A stretch of DNA of 64,000 nucleotides from Eledone cirrhosa (Eukaryota), in the NCBI GenBank assembly GCA_964016885.1, contig OZ024759.1, positions 23,932,001 through 23,996,000 on the forward strand, written 5' to 3'. The notes under the pieces were generated by a model. That model was not told where the DNA came from. It saw nothing but the letters and a program-made list of their open reading frames with translations, and searched no databases. The translations under genes and the position numbers were made by a program. Shown piece by piece: positions 39,901 to 53,184 of the stretch. Position 1 is the stretch's first letter, and every line of letters starts with the position of its first letter.

Positions 39901-42900
39901 CTCTTTTTGAGTAATCCCTTGCTTGTCTTTCAAGCAAGTTGGTCTTTACTCCTATGGACGTATAAACTTTTACACTATCTCATAACCATTCCTATATTCG
40001 TCTTTCCAAGTCATGTGCTTTCACACTTTGAGCCCAGTTTACTTCGATATATCTCTATATATCTCTATCTTCCTTTTAACGGAAAACACCATGCTGTCTG
40101 GCTATCTCTCACCCAATCTACCTCATACTCTCTACCTCTTTTTGAGTAATCCCTTGCTTGTCTTTCAAGCAAGTTGGTCTTTACTCCTATGGACGTATAA
40201 ACCTTTACACTTTCTCATAACCATTCCTATATTTATCTTTCCAAGTCATGTGCTTTAACATTTTGAGCCCAGTTTACTTCGATATATCCCTATATATCTC
40301 TATTTTCCTTTTAATGGAAAACTGCATGCTGTCTGGCTATCTCTCTCCCAATCTACCTCATACTCTCTAGCACTTTTTTAGTAATCCCTTGCTTGTCTTT
40401 CAAGCAAGTTGGTCTTTACTCCTATGGACGTATAAACCTTTACACTATCTCATAACCATTCCTATATTCGTCTTTCCAAGTCATGTGCTTTCACACTTTG
40501 AGCCCAGTTTACTTCGATATATCTCTATATATCTCTATTTTCCTTTTAACGGAAAACACCATGCTGTCTGGCTATCTCTCTCCCAATCTACGTCATGCTC
40601 TCTACCTCTTTTTGAGTAATCCCTTGCTTGTCTTTCAAGCAAGTTGGTCTTTACTCCTATGGACATATAAACCTTTACACTATCTCATAACCATTCCTAT
40701 ATTCGTCTTTCCAAAACATGTGCTTTAACACTTTGAGCCCAGTTTACTTCGATATATCCCTATATATTTCTATTTTCCTTTTAACGGAAAACACCATGCT
40801 GTCTGGCTATCTCTCTCCCTTATCTACCTCATGCGATCTACCTCTTTTTGAGTAATTCCTTGCTTGTCTTTCAAGCAAGTTGGTCATTACTCCTATGGAC
40901 GTATAAACCTTTACGCTATCTCATAATCACTCCTATATTCGTCTTTCCAAGTCATGTGCTTTAACACTTTGAGCCCAGTTTACTTCGATTTATCCCTATA
41001 TATCTCTATTTCCCTTTTAACGGAAAACACCTTGCTATCTGTCTATCTCTCTCCCAATCTACCTCATACTCTCTACCTCTTTTTGAGTAATCCCTTGCTT
41101 GTCTTTCAAGCAAGTTGGTCTTTACTCCTATGGACGTATAAACCTTTACACTATCTCATAACCATTCCTATATTCGTCTTTCCAAAACATGTGCTTTAAC
41201 ACTTTGAGCCCAGTTTACTTCGATATATCTCTATATATCTCTATCTTCCTTTTAACGGAAAACACCATGCTGTCTGGCTATCTCTCACCCAATCTACCTC
41301 ATACTCTCTACCTCTTTTTGAGTAATCCCTTGCTTGTCTTTCAAGCAAGTTGGTCTTTGCTCCTATGGACGTATAAACCATTACACTATCTCATAATCAT
41401 TCCTATATTCGTCTTTCCAAGTCATGTGCTTTCACACTTTGAGCCCAGTTTACTTCGATATATCTCTATATATCTCTATTTTCCTTTTAACGGAAAACAC
41501 CATGCTGTCTGGCTATCTCTCTCCCAATCTACCTCATACTCTCTACCACTTTTTGAGTAATCCCTTGCTTGTCTTTCAAGCAAGTTGGTCTTTACTCCTA
41601 TGGACATATAAACCTTTACACTATCTCATAACCATTCCTATATTCGTCTTTCCAAAACATGTGCTTTAACACTTTGAGCCCAGTTTACTTCGATATATCC
41701 CTATATATCTCTATCTTCCTTTTAACGGAAAACACCATGCTGTCTGGCTATCTCTCTCCCAATCTACCTCATACTCTCTACCTCTTTTTGAGTAATCCCT
41801 TGCTTGTCTTTCAAGCAAGTTGGTCTTTACTCCTATGGACGTATAAACCTTTACACTATCTCATAACCATTCCTATATTCGTCTTTCCAAAACATGTGCT
41901 TTAACACTTTGAGCCCAGTTTACTTCGATATATCCCTATATATCTCTATTTTCCTTTTAACGGAAAACACCATGCTGTCTGGCTATCTCTCTCCCTTATC
42001 TACCTCATGCGATCTACCTCTTTTTGAGTAATTCCTTGCTTGTCTTTCAAGCAAGTTGGTCATTACTCCTATGGACGTATAAACCTTTACGCTATCTCAT
42101 AACCACTCCTATATTCGTCTTTCCAAGTCATGTGCTTTCACACTTTGAGCCCAGTTTACTTCGATATATCTCTATATATCTCTATTTTCCTTTTAACGGA
42201 AAACACCATGCTGTCTGGCTATCTCTCTCCCAATCTACCTCATACTCTCTACCTCTTTTTGAGTAATCCCTTGCTTGTCTTTCAAGCAAGTTGGTCTTTA
42301 CTCCTATGGACATATAAACCTTTACACTATCTCATAACCATTCCTATATTCGTCTTTCCAAGTCATGTGCTTTCACACTTTGAGCCCAGTTTACTTCGAT
42401 ATATCTCTATATATCTCTATTTTCCTTTTAACGGAAAACACCATGCTGTCTGGCTATCTCTCTCCCAATCTACCTCATACTCTCTACCACTTTTTGAGTA
42501 ATCCCTTGCTTGTCTTTCAAGCAAGTTGGTCTTTGCTCCTATGGACGTATAAACCTTTACACTATCTCATAACCATTCCTATATTCGTCTTTCCAAAACA
42601 TGTGCTTTAACACTTTGAGCCCAGTTTACTTCGATATATCCCTATATATCTCTATTTTCCTTTTAACGGAAAACACCATGCTGTCTGGCTCACTCTCTCC
42701 CTTATCTACCTCATGCGATCTACCTCTTTTTGAGTAATCCCTTGCTTGTCTTTCAAGCAAGTTGGTCTTTACTCCTATGGACGTATAAACCTTTACACTA
42801 TCTCATAACCATTCCTATATTCGTCTTTCCAAGTCATGTGCTTTCACACTTTGAGCCCAGTTTACTTCGATATATCTCTATATATCTCTATTTTCCTTTT

Positions 42901-45900
42901 AACGGAAAACACCATGCTGTCTGGCTATCTCTCTCCCAATCTACCTCATACTCTCTACCTCTTTTTGAGTAATCCCTTGCTTGTCTTTCAAGCAAGTTGG
43001 TCTTTACTCCTATGGACATATAAACCTTTACACTATCTCATAACCATTCCTATATTCGTCTTTCCAAGTCATGTGCTTTCACACATTGAGCCCAGTTTAC
43101 TTCGATATATCTCTATATATCTCTATCTTCCTTTTAACGGAAAACACCATGCTGTCTGGCTATCTCTCACCCAATCTACCTCATACTCTCTACCTCTTTT
43201 TGAGTAATCCCTTGCTTGTCTTTCAAGCAAGTTGGTCTTTACTCCTATGGACGTATAAACCTTTACACTTTCTCATAACCATTCCTATATTTATCTTTCC
43301 AAGTCATGTGCTTTAACATTTTGAGCCCAGTTTACTTCGATATATCCCTATATATCTCTATTTTCCTTTTAATGGAAAACTCCATGCTGTCTGGCTATCT
43401 CTCTCCCAATCTACCTCATACTCTCTAGCACTTTTTTAGTAATCCCTTGCTTGTCTTTCAAGCAAGTTGGTCTTTACTCCTATGGACGTATAAACCTTTA
43501 CACTATCTCATAACCATTCCTATATTCGTCTTTCCAAGTCATGTGCTTTCACACTTTGAGCCCAGTTTACTTCGATATATCTCTATATATCTCTATTTTC
43601 CTTTTAACGGAAAACACCATGCTGTCTGGCTATCTCTCTCCCAATCTACGTCATGCTCTCTACCTCTTTTTGAGTAATCCCTTGCTTGTCTTTCAAGCAA
43701 GTTGGTCTTTACTCCTATGGACATATAAACCTTTACACTATCTCATAACCATTCCTATATTCGTCTTTCCAAAACATGTGCTTTAACACTTTGAGCCCAG
43801 TTTACTTCGATATATCCCTATATATTTCTATTTTCCTTTTAACGGAAAACACCATGCTGTCTGGCTATCTCTCTCCCTTATCTACCTCATGCGATCTACC
43901 TCTTTTTGAGTAATTCCTTGCTTGTCTTTCAAGCAAGTTGGTCATTACTCCTATGGACGTATAAACCTTTACGCTATCTCATAACCACTCCTATATTCGT
44001 CTTTCCAAGTCATGTGCTTTAACACTTTGAGCCCAGTTTACTTCGATATATCCCTATATATCTCTATTTCCCTTTTAACGGAAAACACCTTGCTATCTGG
44101 CTATCTCTCTCCCAATCTACCTCATACTCTCTACCTCTTTTTGAGTAATCCCTTGCTTGTCTTTCAAGCAAGTTGGTCTTTACTCCTATGGACGTATAAA
44201 CCTTTACACTATCTCATAACCATTCCTATATTCGTCTTTCCAAAACATGTGCTTTAACACTTTGAGCCCAGTTTACTTCGATATATCTCTATATATCTCT
44301 ATCTTCCTTTTAACGGAAAACACCATGCTGTCTGGCTATCTCTCACCCAATCTACCTCATACTCTCTACCTCTTTTTGAGTAATCCCTTGCTTGTCTTTC
44401 AAGCAAGTTGGTCTTTGCTCCTATGGACGTATAAACCTTTACACTATCTCATAATCATTCCTATATTCGTCTTTCCAAGTCATGTGCTTTCACACTTTGA
44501 GCCCAGTTTACTTCGCTATATCTCTATATATCTCTATTTTCCTTTTAACGGAAAACACCATGCTGTCTGGCTATCTCTCTCCCAATCTACCTCATACTCT
44601 CTACCTCTTTTTGAGTAATCCCTTGCTTGTCTTTCAAGCAAGTTGGTCTTTACTCCTATGGACATATAAACCTTTACACTATCTCATAACCATTCCTATA
44701 TTCGTCTTTCCAAAACATGTGCTTTAACACTTTGAGCCCAGTTTACTTCGATATATCCCTATATATCTCTATTTTCCTTTTAACGGAAAACACCATGCTG
44801 TCTGGCTATCTCTCTCCCTTATCTACCTCATGCGATCTACCTCTTTTTGAGTAATTCCTTGCTTGTCTTTCAAGCAAGTTGGTCATTACTCCTATGGACG
44901 TATAAACCTTTACGCTATCTCATAACCACTCCTATATTCGTCTTTCCAAGTCATGTGCTTTCACACTTTGAGCCCAGTTTACTTCGATATATCTCTATAT
45001 ATCTCTATTTTCCTTTTAACGGAAAACACCATGCTGTCTGGCTATCTCTCTCCCAATCTACCTCATACTCTCTACCTCTTTTTGAGTAATCCCTTGCTTG
45101 TCTTTCAAGCAAGTTGGTCTTTACTCCTATGGACATATAAACCTTTACACTATCTCATAACCATTCCTATATTCGTCTTTCCAAGTCATGTGCTTTCACA
45201 CTTTGAGCCCAGTTTACTTCGATATATCTCTATATATCTCTATTTTCCTTTTAACGGAAAACACCATGCTGTCTGGCTATCTCTCTCCCAATCTACCTCA
45301 TACTCTCTACCACTTTTTGAGTAATCCCTTGCTTGTCTTTCAAGCAAGTTGGTCTTTGCTCCTATGGACGTATAAACCTTTACACTATCTCATAACCATT
45401 CCTATATTCGTCTTTCCAAAACATGTGCTTTAACACTTTGAGCCCAGTTTACTTCGATATATCCCTATATATCTCTATTTTCCTTTTAACGGAAAACACC
45501 ATGCTGTCTGGCTCACTCTCTCCCTTATCTACCTCATGCGATCTACCTCTTTTTGAGTAATCCCTTGCTTGTCTTTCAAGCAAGTTGGTCTTTACTCCTA
45601 TGGACGTATAAACCTTTACACTATCTCATAACCATTCCTATATTCGTCTTTCCAAGTCATGTGCTTTCACACTTTGAGCCCAGTTTACTTCGATATATCT
45701 CTATATATCTCTATCTTCCTTTTAACGGAAAACACCATGCTGTCTGGCTATCTCTCACCCAATCTACCTCATACTCTCTACCTCTTTTTGAGTAATCCCT
45801 TGCTTGTTTTTCAAGCAAGTTGGTCTTTACTCCTATGGACGTATAAACCTTTACACTTTCTCATAACCATTCCTATATTTATCTTTCCAAGTCATGTGCT

Positions 45901-46833
45901 TTAACATTTTGAGCCCAGTTTACTTCGATATATCCCTATATATCTCTATTTTCCTTTTAATGGAAAACTCCATGCTGTCTGGCTATCTCTCTCCCAATCT
46001 ACCTCATACTCTCTAGCACTTTTTTAGTAATCCCTTGCTTGTCTTTCAAGCAAGTTGGTCTTTACTCCTATGGACGTATAAACCTTTACACTATCTCATA
46101 ACCATTCCTATATTCGTCTTTCCAAGTCATGTGCTTTAACACTTTGAGCCCAGTTTACTTCGATATATCCCTATATATCTCTATTTCCCTTTTAACGGAA
46201 AACACCTTGCTATCTGGCTATCTCTCTCACAATCTACCTCATACTCTCTACCTCTTTTTGAGTAATCCCTTGCTTGTCTTTCAAGCAAGTTGGTCTTTAC
46301 TCCTATGGACGTATAAACCTTTACACTATCTCATAACCATTCCTATATTCGTCTTTCCAAAACATCTGCTTTAACACTTTGAGCCCAGTTTACTTCGATA
46401 TATCTCTATATATCTCTATCTTCGTTTTAACGGAAAACACCATGCTGTCTGGCTATCTCTCACCCAATCTACCTCATACTCTCTACCTCTTTTTGAGTAA
46501 TCCCTTGCTTGTCTTTCAAGCAAGTTGGTCTTTGCTCCTATGGACGTATAAACCTTTACACTATCTCATAATCATTCCTATATTCGTCTTTCCAAGTCAT
46601 GTGCTTTCACACTTTGAGCCCAGTTTACTTCGATATATCTCTATATATCTCTATTTTCCTTTTAACGGAAAACACCATGCTGTCTGGCTATCTCTCTCCC
46701 AATCTACCTCATACTCTCTACCTCTTTTTGAGTAATCCCTTGCTTGTCTTTCAAGCAAGTTGGTCTTTACTCCTATGGACATATAAACCTTTACACTATC
46801 TCATAACCATTCCTATATTCGTCTTTCCAAAAC
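36955..46833 (+). repeat. 11-13-monomer HOR, about 3.5 copies
   Basis: The marker monomer (aacatttt, taatggaaaact, tagcacttttttag) starts at 37425, 40248, 43306 and 45894, giving spacings of 2823, 3058 and 2588 bp. The tacgtcatgc monomer is at 37660, 40483 and 43541. Confidence 0.88.
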
Positions 46834-47304
46834 ATGTGCTTTAACACTTTGAGCCCAGTTTACTTCGATATATCCCTATATATCTCTATTTTCCTTTTAA
46901 CGGAAAACACCATGCTGTCTGGCTATCTCTCTCCCAATCTACCTCATACTCTCTACCTCTTTTTGAGTAATCCCTTGCTTGTCTTTCAAGCAAGTTGGTC
47001 TTTACTCCTATGGACGTATAAACCTTTACACTATCTCATAACCATTCCTATATTCGTCTTTCCAAAACATGTGCTTTAACACTTTGAGCCCAGTTTACTT
47101 CGATATATCCCTATATATCTCTATTTTCCTTTTAACGGAAAACACCATGCTGTCTGGCTCACTCTCTCCCTTATCTACCTCATGCGATCTACCTCTTTTT
47201 GAGTAATCCCTTGCTTGTCTTTCAAGCAAGTTGGTCTTTACTCCTATGGACGTATAAACCTTTACACTATCTCATAACCATTCCTATATTCGTCTTTCCA
47301 AGTC

Positions 47305-48714
47305 ATGTGCTTTCACACTTTGAGCCCAGTTTACTTCGATATATCTCTATATATCTCTATTTTCCTTTTAACGGAAAACACCATGCTGTCTGGCTATCTC
47401 TCTCCCAATCTACCTCATGCGATCTACCTCTTTTTGAGTAATTCCTTGCTTGTCTTTCAAGCAAGTTGGTCATTACTCCTATGGACGTATAAACCTTTAC
47501 GCTATCTCATAACCACTCCTATATTCGTCTTTCCAAGTCATGTGCTTTAACACTTTGAGCCCAGTTTACTTCGATATATCCCTATATATCTCTATTTTCC
47601 TTTTAACGGAAAACACCTTGCTGTCTGGCTATCTCTCTCCCAATCTACCTCATACTCTCTACCCCTTTTTGAGTAATCCCTTGCTTGTTTTTCAAGCAAG
47701 TTGGTCTTTACTCCTATGGACGTATAAACCTTTACACTATCTCATAACCATACCTATATTCGTCTTTCCAAAACATGTGCTTTAACACTTTGAGCCCAGT
47801 TTACTTCGATATATCTCTATATATCTCTATCTTCCTTTTAACGGAAAACACCATGCTGTCTGGCTATCTCTCACCCAATCTACCTCATACTCTCTAGCAC
47901 TTTTTTAGTAATCCCTTCCTTGTCTTTCAAGCAAGTTGGTCTTTACTCCTATGGACGTATAAACCTTTACACTATCTCATAACCATTCCTATATTCGTCT
48001 TTCCAAGTCATGTGCTTTCACACTTTGAGCCCAGTTTACTTCGATATATCTCTATATATCTCTATTTTCCTTTTAACGGAAAACACCATGCTGTCTGGCT
48101 ATCTCTCTCCCAATCTACCTCATGCGATCTACCTCTTTTTGAGTAATTCCTTGCTTGTCTTTCAAGCAAGTTGGTCATTACTCCTATGGACGTATAAACC
48201 TTTACGCTATCTCATAACCACTCCTATATTCGTCTTTCCAAGTCATGTGCTTTAACACTTTGAGCCCAGTTTACTTCGATATATCCCTATATATCTCTAT
48301 TTTCCTTTTAACGGAAAACACCTTGCTGTCTGGCTATCTCTCTCCCAATCTACCTCATACTCTCTACCCCTTTTTGAGTAATCCCTTGCTTGTTTTTCAA
48401 GCAAGTTGGTCTTTACTCCTATGGACGTATAAACCTTTACACTATCTCATAACCATACCTATATTCGTCTTTCCAAAACATGTGCTTTAACACTTTGAGC
48501 CCAGTTTACTTCGATATATCTCTATATATCTCTATCTTCCTTTTAACGGAAAACACCATGCTGTCTGGCTATCTCTCACCCAATCTACCTCATACTCTCT
48601 AGCACTTTTTTAGTAATCCCTTCCTTGTCTTTCAAGCAAGTTGGTCTTTACTCCTATGGACGTATAAACCTTTACACTATCTCATAACCATTCCTATATT
48701 CGTCTTTCCAAGTC
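47305..48714 (+). repeat. 3-monomer tandem duplication, period 705 bp
   Basis: 47305/48010, 47540/48245 and 47775/48480 appear identical, including tacccc, ccatacc and cccttcctt alleles. Confidence 0.92.
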
Positions 48715-49420
48715 ATGTGCTTTCACACTTTGAGCCCAGTTTACTTCGATATATCTCTATATATCTCTATTTTCCTTTTAACGGAAAACACCATGCTGTC
48801 TGGCTATCTCTCTCCCAATCTACCTCATACTCTCTACCTCTTTTTGAGTAATCCCTTGCTTGTCTTTCAAGCAAATTGGTCTTTACTCCTATGGACGTAT
48901 AAACCTTTACACTATCTCATAACCATTCCTATATTCGTCTTTCCAAAACATGTGCTTTAACACTTTGAGCCCAGTTTACTTCGATATATCCCTATATATC
49001 TCTATTTTCCTTTTAACGGAAAACACCATGCTGTCTGGCTCTCTCTCTCCCTCATCTACCTCATGCGATCTACCTCTTTTTGAGTAATTCCTTGCTTGTC
49101 TTTCAAGCAAGTTGGTCATTACTCCTATGGACGTATAAACCTTTACGCTATCTCATAACCACTCCTATATTCGTCTTTCCAAGTCATGTGCTTTAACACT
49201 TTGAGCCCAGTTTACTTCGATATATCCCTATATATCTCTATTTTCCTTTTAACGGAAAACACCTTGCTGTCTGGCTATCTCTCTCCCAATCTACCTCATA
49301 CTCTCTACCCCTTTTTGAGTAATCCCTTGCTTGTTTTTCAAGCAAGTTGGTCTTTACTCCTATGGACGTATAAACCTTTACACTATCTCATAACCATTCC
49401 TATATTCGTCTTTCCAAAAC

Positions 49421-52400
49421 ATGTGCTTTAACACTTTGAGCCCAGTTTACTTCGATATATCTCTATATATCTCTATCTTCCTTTTAACGGAAAACACCAT
49501 GCTGTCTGGCTATCTCTCACCCAATCTACCTCATACTCTCTACCTCTTTTTGAGTAATCCCTTGCTTGTCTTTCAAGCAAGTTGGTCTTTGCTCCTATGG
49601 ACGTATAAACCTTTACACTATCTCATAATCATTCCTATATTCGTCTTTCCAAGTCATGTGCTTTCACACTTTGAGCCCCGTTTACTTCGATATATCTCTA
49701 TATATCTCTATTTTCCTTTTAACGGAAAACACCATGCTGTCTGGCTATCTCTCTCCCAATCTACCTCATACTCTCTACCTCTTTTTGAGTAATCCCTTGC
49801 TTGTCTTTCAAGCAAGTTGGTCTTTACTCCTATGGACGTATAAACCTTTACACTATCTCATAACCATTCCTATATTCGTCTTTCCAAGTCATGTGCTTTC
49901 ACACTTTGAGCCCAGTTTACTTCGATATATCTCTATATATCTCTATTTTCCTTTTAACGGAAAACACCATGCTGTCTGGCTATCTCTCTCCCAATCTACC
50001 TCATACTCTCTACCACTTTTTGAGTAATCCTTTGCTTGTCTTTCAAGCAAGTTGGTCTTTGCTCCTATGGACGTATAAACCTTTACACTATCTCATAACC
50101 ATTCCTATATTCGTCTTTCAAAAACATGTGCTTTAACACTTTGAGCCCAGTTTACTTCGATATATCCCTATATATCTCTATTTTCCTTTTAACGGAAAAC
50201 ACCATGCTGTCTGGCTCACTCTCTCCCTTATCTACCTCATGCGATCTACCTCTTTTTGAGTAATCCCTTGCTTGTCTTTCAAGCAAGTTGGTCTTTACTC
50301 CTATGGACGTATAAACTTTTACACTATCTCATAACCATTCCTATATTCGTCTTTCCAAGTCATGTGCTTTCACACTTTGAGCCCAGTTTACTTCGATATA
50401 TCTCTATATATCTCTATCTTCCTTTTAACGGAAAACACCATGCTGTCTGGCTATCTCTCACCCAATCTACCTCATACTCTCTACCTCTTTTTGAGTAATC
50501 CCTTGCTTGTCTTTCAAGCAAGTTGGTCTTTGCTCCTATGGACGTATAAACCTTTACACTATCTCATAATCATTCCTATATTCGTCTTTCCAAGTCATGT
50601 GCTTTCACACTTTGAGCCCAGTTTACTTCGATATATCTCTATATATCTCTATTTTCCTTTTAACGGAAAACACCATGCTGTCTGGCTATCTCTCTCCCAA
50701 TCTACCTCATACTCTCTACCTCTTTTTGAGTAATCCCTTGCTTGTCTTTCAAGCAAGTTGGTCTTTACTCCTATGGACGTATAAACCTTTACACTATCTC
50801 ATAACCATTCCTATATTCGTCTTTCCAAGTCATGTGCTTTCACACTTTGAGCCCAGTTTACTTCGATATATCTCTATATATCTCTATTTTCCTTTTAACG
50901 GAAAACACCATGCTGTCTGGCTATCTCTCTCCCAATCTACCTCATACTCTCTACCACTTTTTGAGTAATCCCTTGCTTGTCTTTCAAGCAAGTTGGTCTT
51001 TGCTCCTATGGACGTATAAACCTTTACACTATCTCATAACCATTCCTATATTCGTCTTTCCAAAACATGTGCTTTAACACTTTGAGCCCAGTTTACTTCG
51101 ATATATCCCTATATATCTCTATTTTCCTTTTAACGGAAAACACCATGCTGTCTGGCTCACTCTCTCCCTTATCTACCTCATGCGATCTACCTCTTTTTGA
51201 GTAATCCCTTGCTTGTCTTTCAAGCAAGTTGGTCTTTACTCCTATGGACGTATAAACTTTTACACTATCTCATAACCATTCCTATATTCGTCTTTCCAAG
51301 TCATGTGCTTTCACACTTTGAGCCCAGTTTACTTCGATATATCTCTATATATCTCTATCTTCCTTTTAACGGAAAACACCATGCTGTCTGGCTATCTCTC
51401 ACCCAATCTACCTCATACTCTCTACCTCTTTTTGAGTAATCCCTTGCTTGTCTTTCAAGCAAGTTGGTCTTTACTCCTATGGACGTATAAACCTTTACAC
51501 TATCTCATAACCATTCCTATATTCGTCTTTCCAAGTCATGTGCTTTCACATTTTGAGCCCAGTTTATTTCGATATATCCCTATATATCTCTATTTTCCTT
51601 TTAACGGAAAACACCATGCTGTCTGGCTATCTCTCTCCCAATCTACCTCATACTCTCTACCTCTTTTTGAGTAATCCCTTGCTTGTCTTTCAAGCAAGTT
51701 GGTCTTTACTCCTATGGACGTATAAACCTTTACACTATCTCATAACCATTCCTATATTCGTCTTTCCAAGTCATGTGCTTTCACACTTTGAGCCCAGTTT
51801 ACTTCGATATATCTCTATATATCTCTATTTTCCTTTTAACGGAAAACACCATGCTGTCTGGCTATCTCTCTCCCAATCTACCTCATACTCTCTACCACTT
51901 TGTGAGTAATCCCTTGCTTGTCTTTCAAGCAAGTTGGTCTTTGCTACTATGGATGTATAAACCTTTACACTATCTCATAACCATTCCTATATTCGTCTTT
52001 CCAAAACATGTGCTTTAACACTTTGAGCCCAGTTTACTTCGATATATCCCTATATATCTCTATTTTCCTTTTAACGGAAAACACCATGCTGTCTGGCTCA
52101 CTCTCTCCCTTATCTACCTCATGCGATCTACCTCTTTTTGAGTAATCCCTTGCTTGTCTTTCAAGCAAGTTGGTCTTTACTCCTATGGACGTATAAACCT
52201 TTACACTATCTCATAACCATTCCTATATTCGTCTTTCCAAAACATGTGCTTTAACACTTTGAGCCCAGTTTACTTCGATATATCCCTATATATCTCTATT
52301 TTCCTTTTAACGGAAAACACCATGCTGTCTGGATATCTCTCACCCAATCTACCTCATACTCTCTACCTCTTTTTGAGTAATCCCTTGCTTGTCTTTCAAG

Positions 52401-53184
52401 CAAGTTGGTCTTTACTCCTATGGACGTATAAACCTTTACACTATCTCATAACCATTCCTATATTCGTCTTTCCAAGTCATGTGCTTTCACACTTTGAGCC
52501 CAGTTTATTTCGATATATCCCTATATATCTCTATTTTCCTTTTAACGGAAAACACCATGCTGTCTGGCTATCTCTCTCCCAATCTACCTCATACTCTCTA
52601 CCTCTTTTTGAGTAATCCCTTGCTTGTCTTTCAAGCAAGTTGGTCTTTACTCCTATGGACGTATAAACCTTTACACTATCTCATAACCATTCCTATATTC
52701 GTCTTTCCAAGTCATGTGCTTTCACACTTTGAGCCCAGTTTACTTCGATATATCTCTATATATCTCTATTTTCCTTTTAACGGAAAACACCATGCTGTCT
52801 GGCTATCTCTCTCCCAATCTACCTCATACTCTATACCACTTTGTGAGTAATCCCTTGCTTGTCTTTCAAGCAAGTTGGTCTTTGCTCCTATGGATGTATA
52901 AACCTTTACACTATCTCATAACCATTCCTATATTCGTCTTTCCAAAACATGTGCTTTAACACTTTGAGCCCAGTTTACTTCGATATATCCCTATATATCT
53001 CTATTTTCCTTTTAACGGAAAACACCATGCTGTCTGGCTCACTCTCTCCCTTATCTACCTCATGCGATCTACCTCTTTTTGAGTAATCCCTTGCTTGTCT
53101 TTCAAGCAAGTTGGTCTTTACTCCTATGGACGTATAAACTTTTACACTATCTCATAACCATTCCTATATTCGTCTTTCCAAGTC
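49421..53184 (+). repeat. 4-monomer HOR (A-A-A-B1), four copies, period 941 bp
   Basis: taccactt monomers start at 49891, 50832, 51773 and 52714, each followed by a B1 monomer. The last two units share tgtgagt, ggatgta and tttatttcg. Confidence 0.9.
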
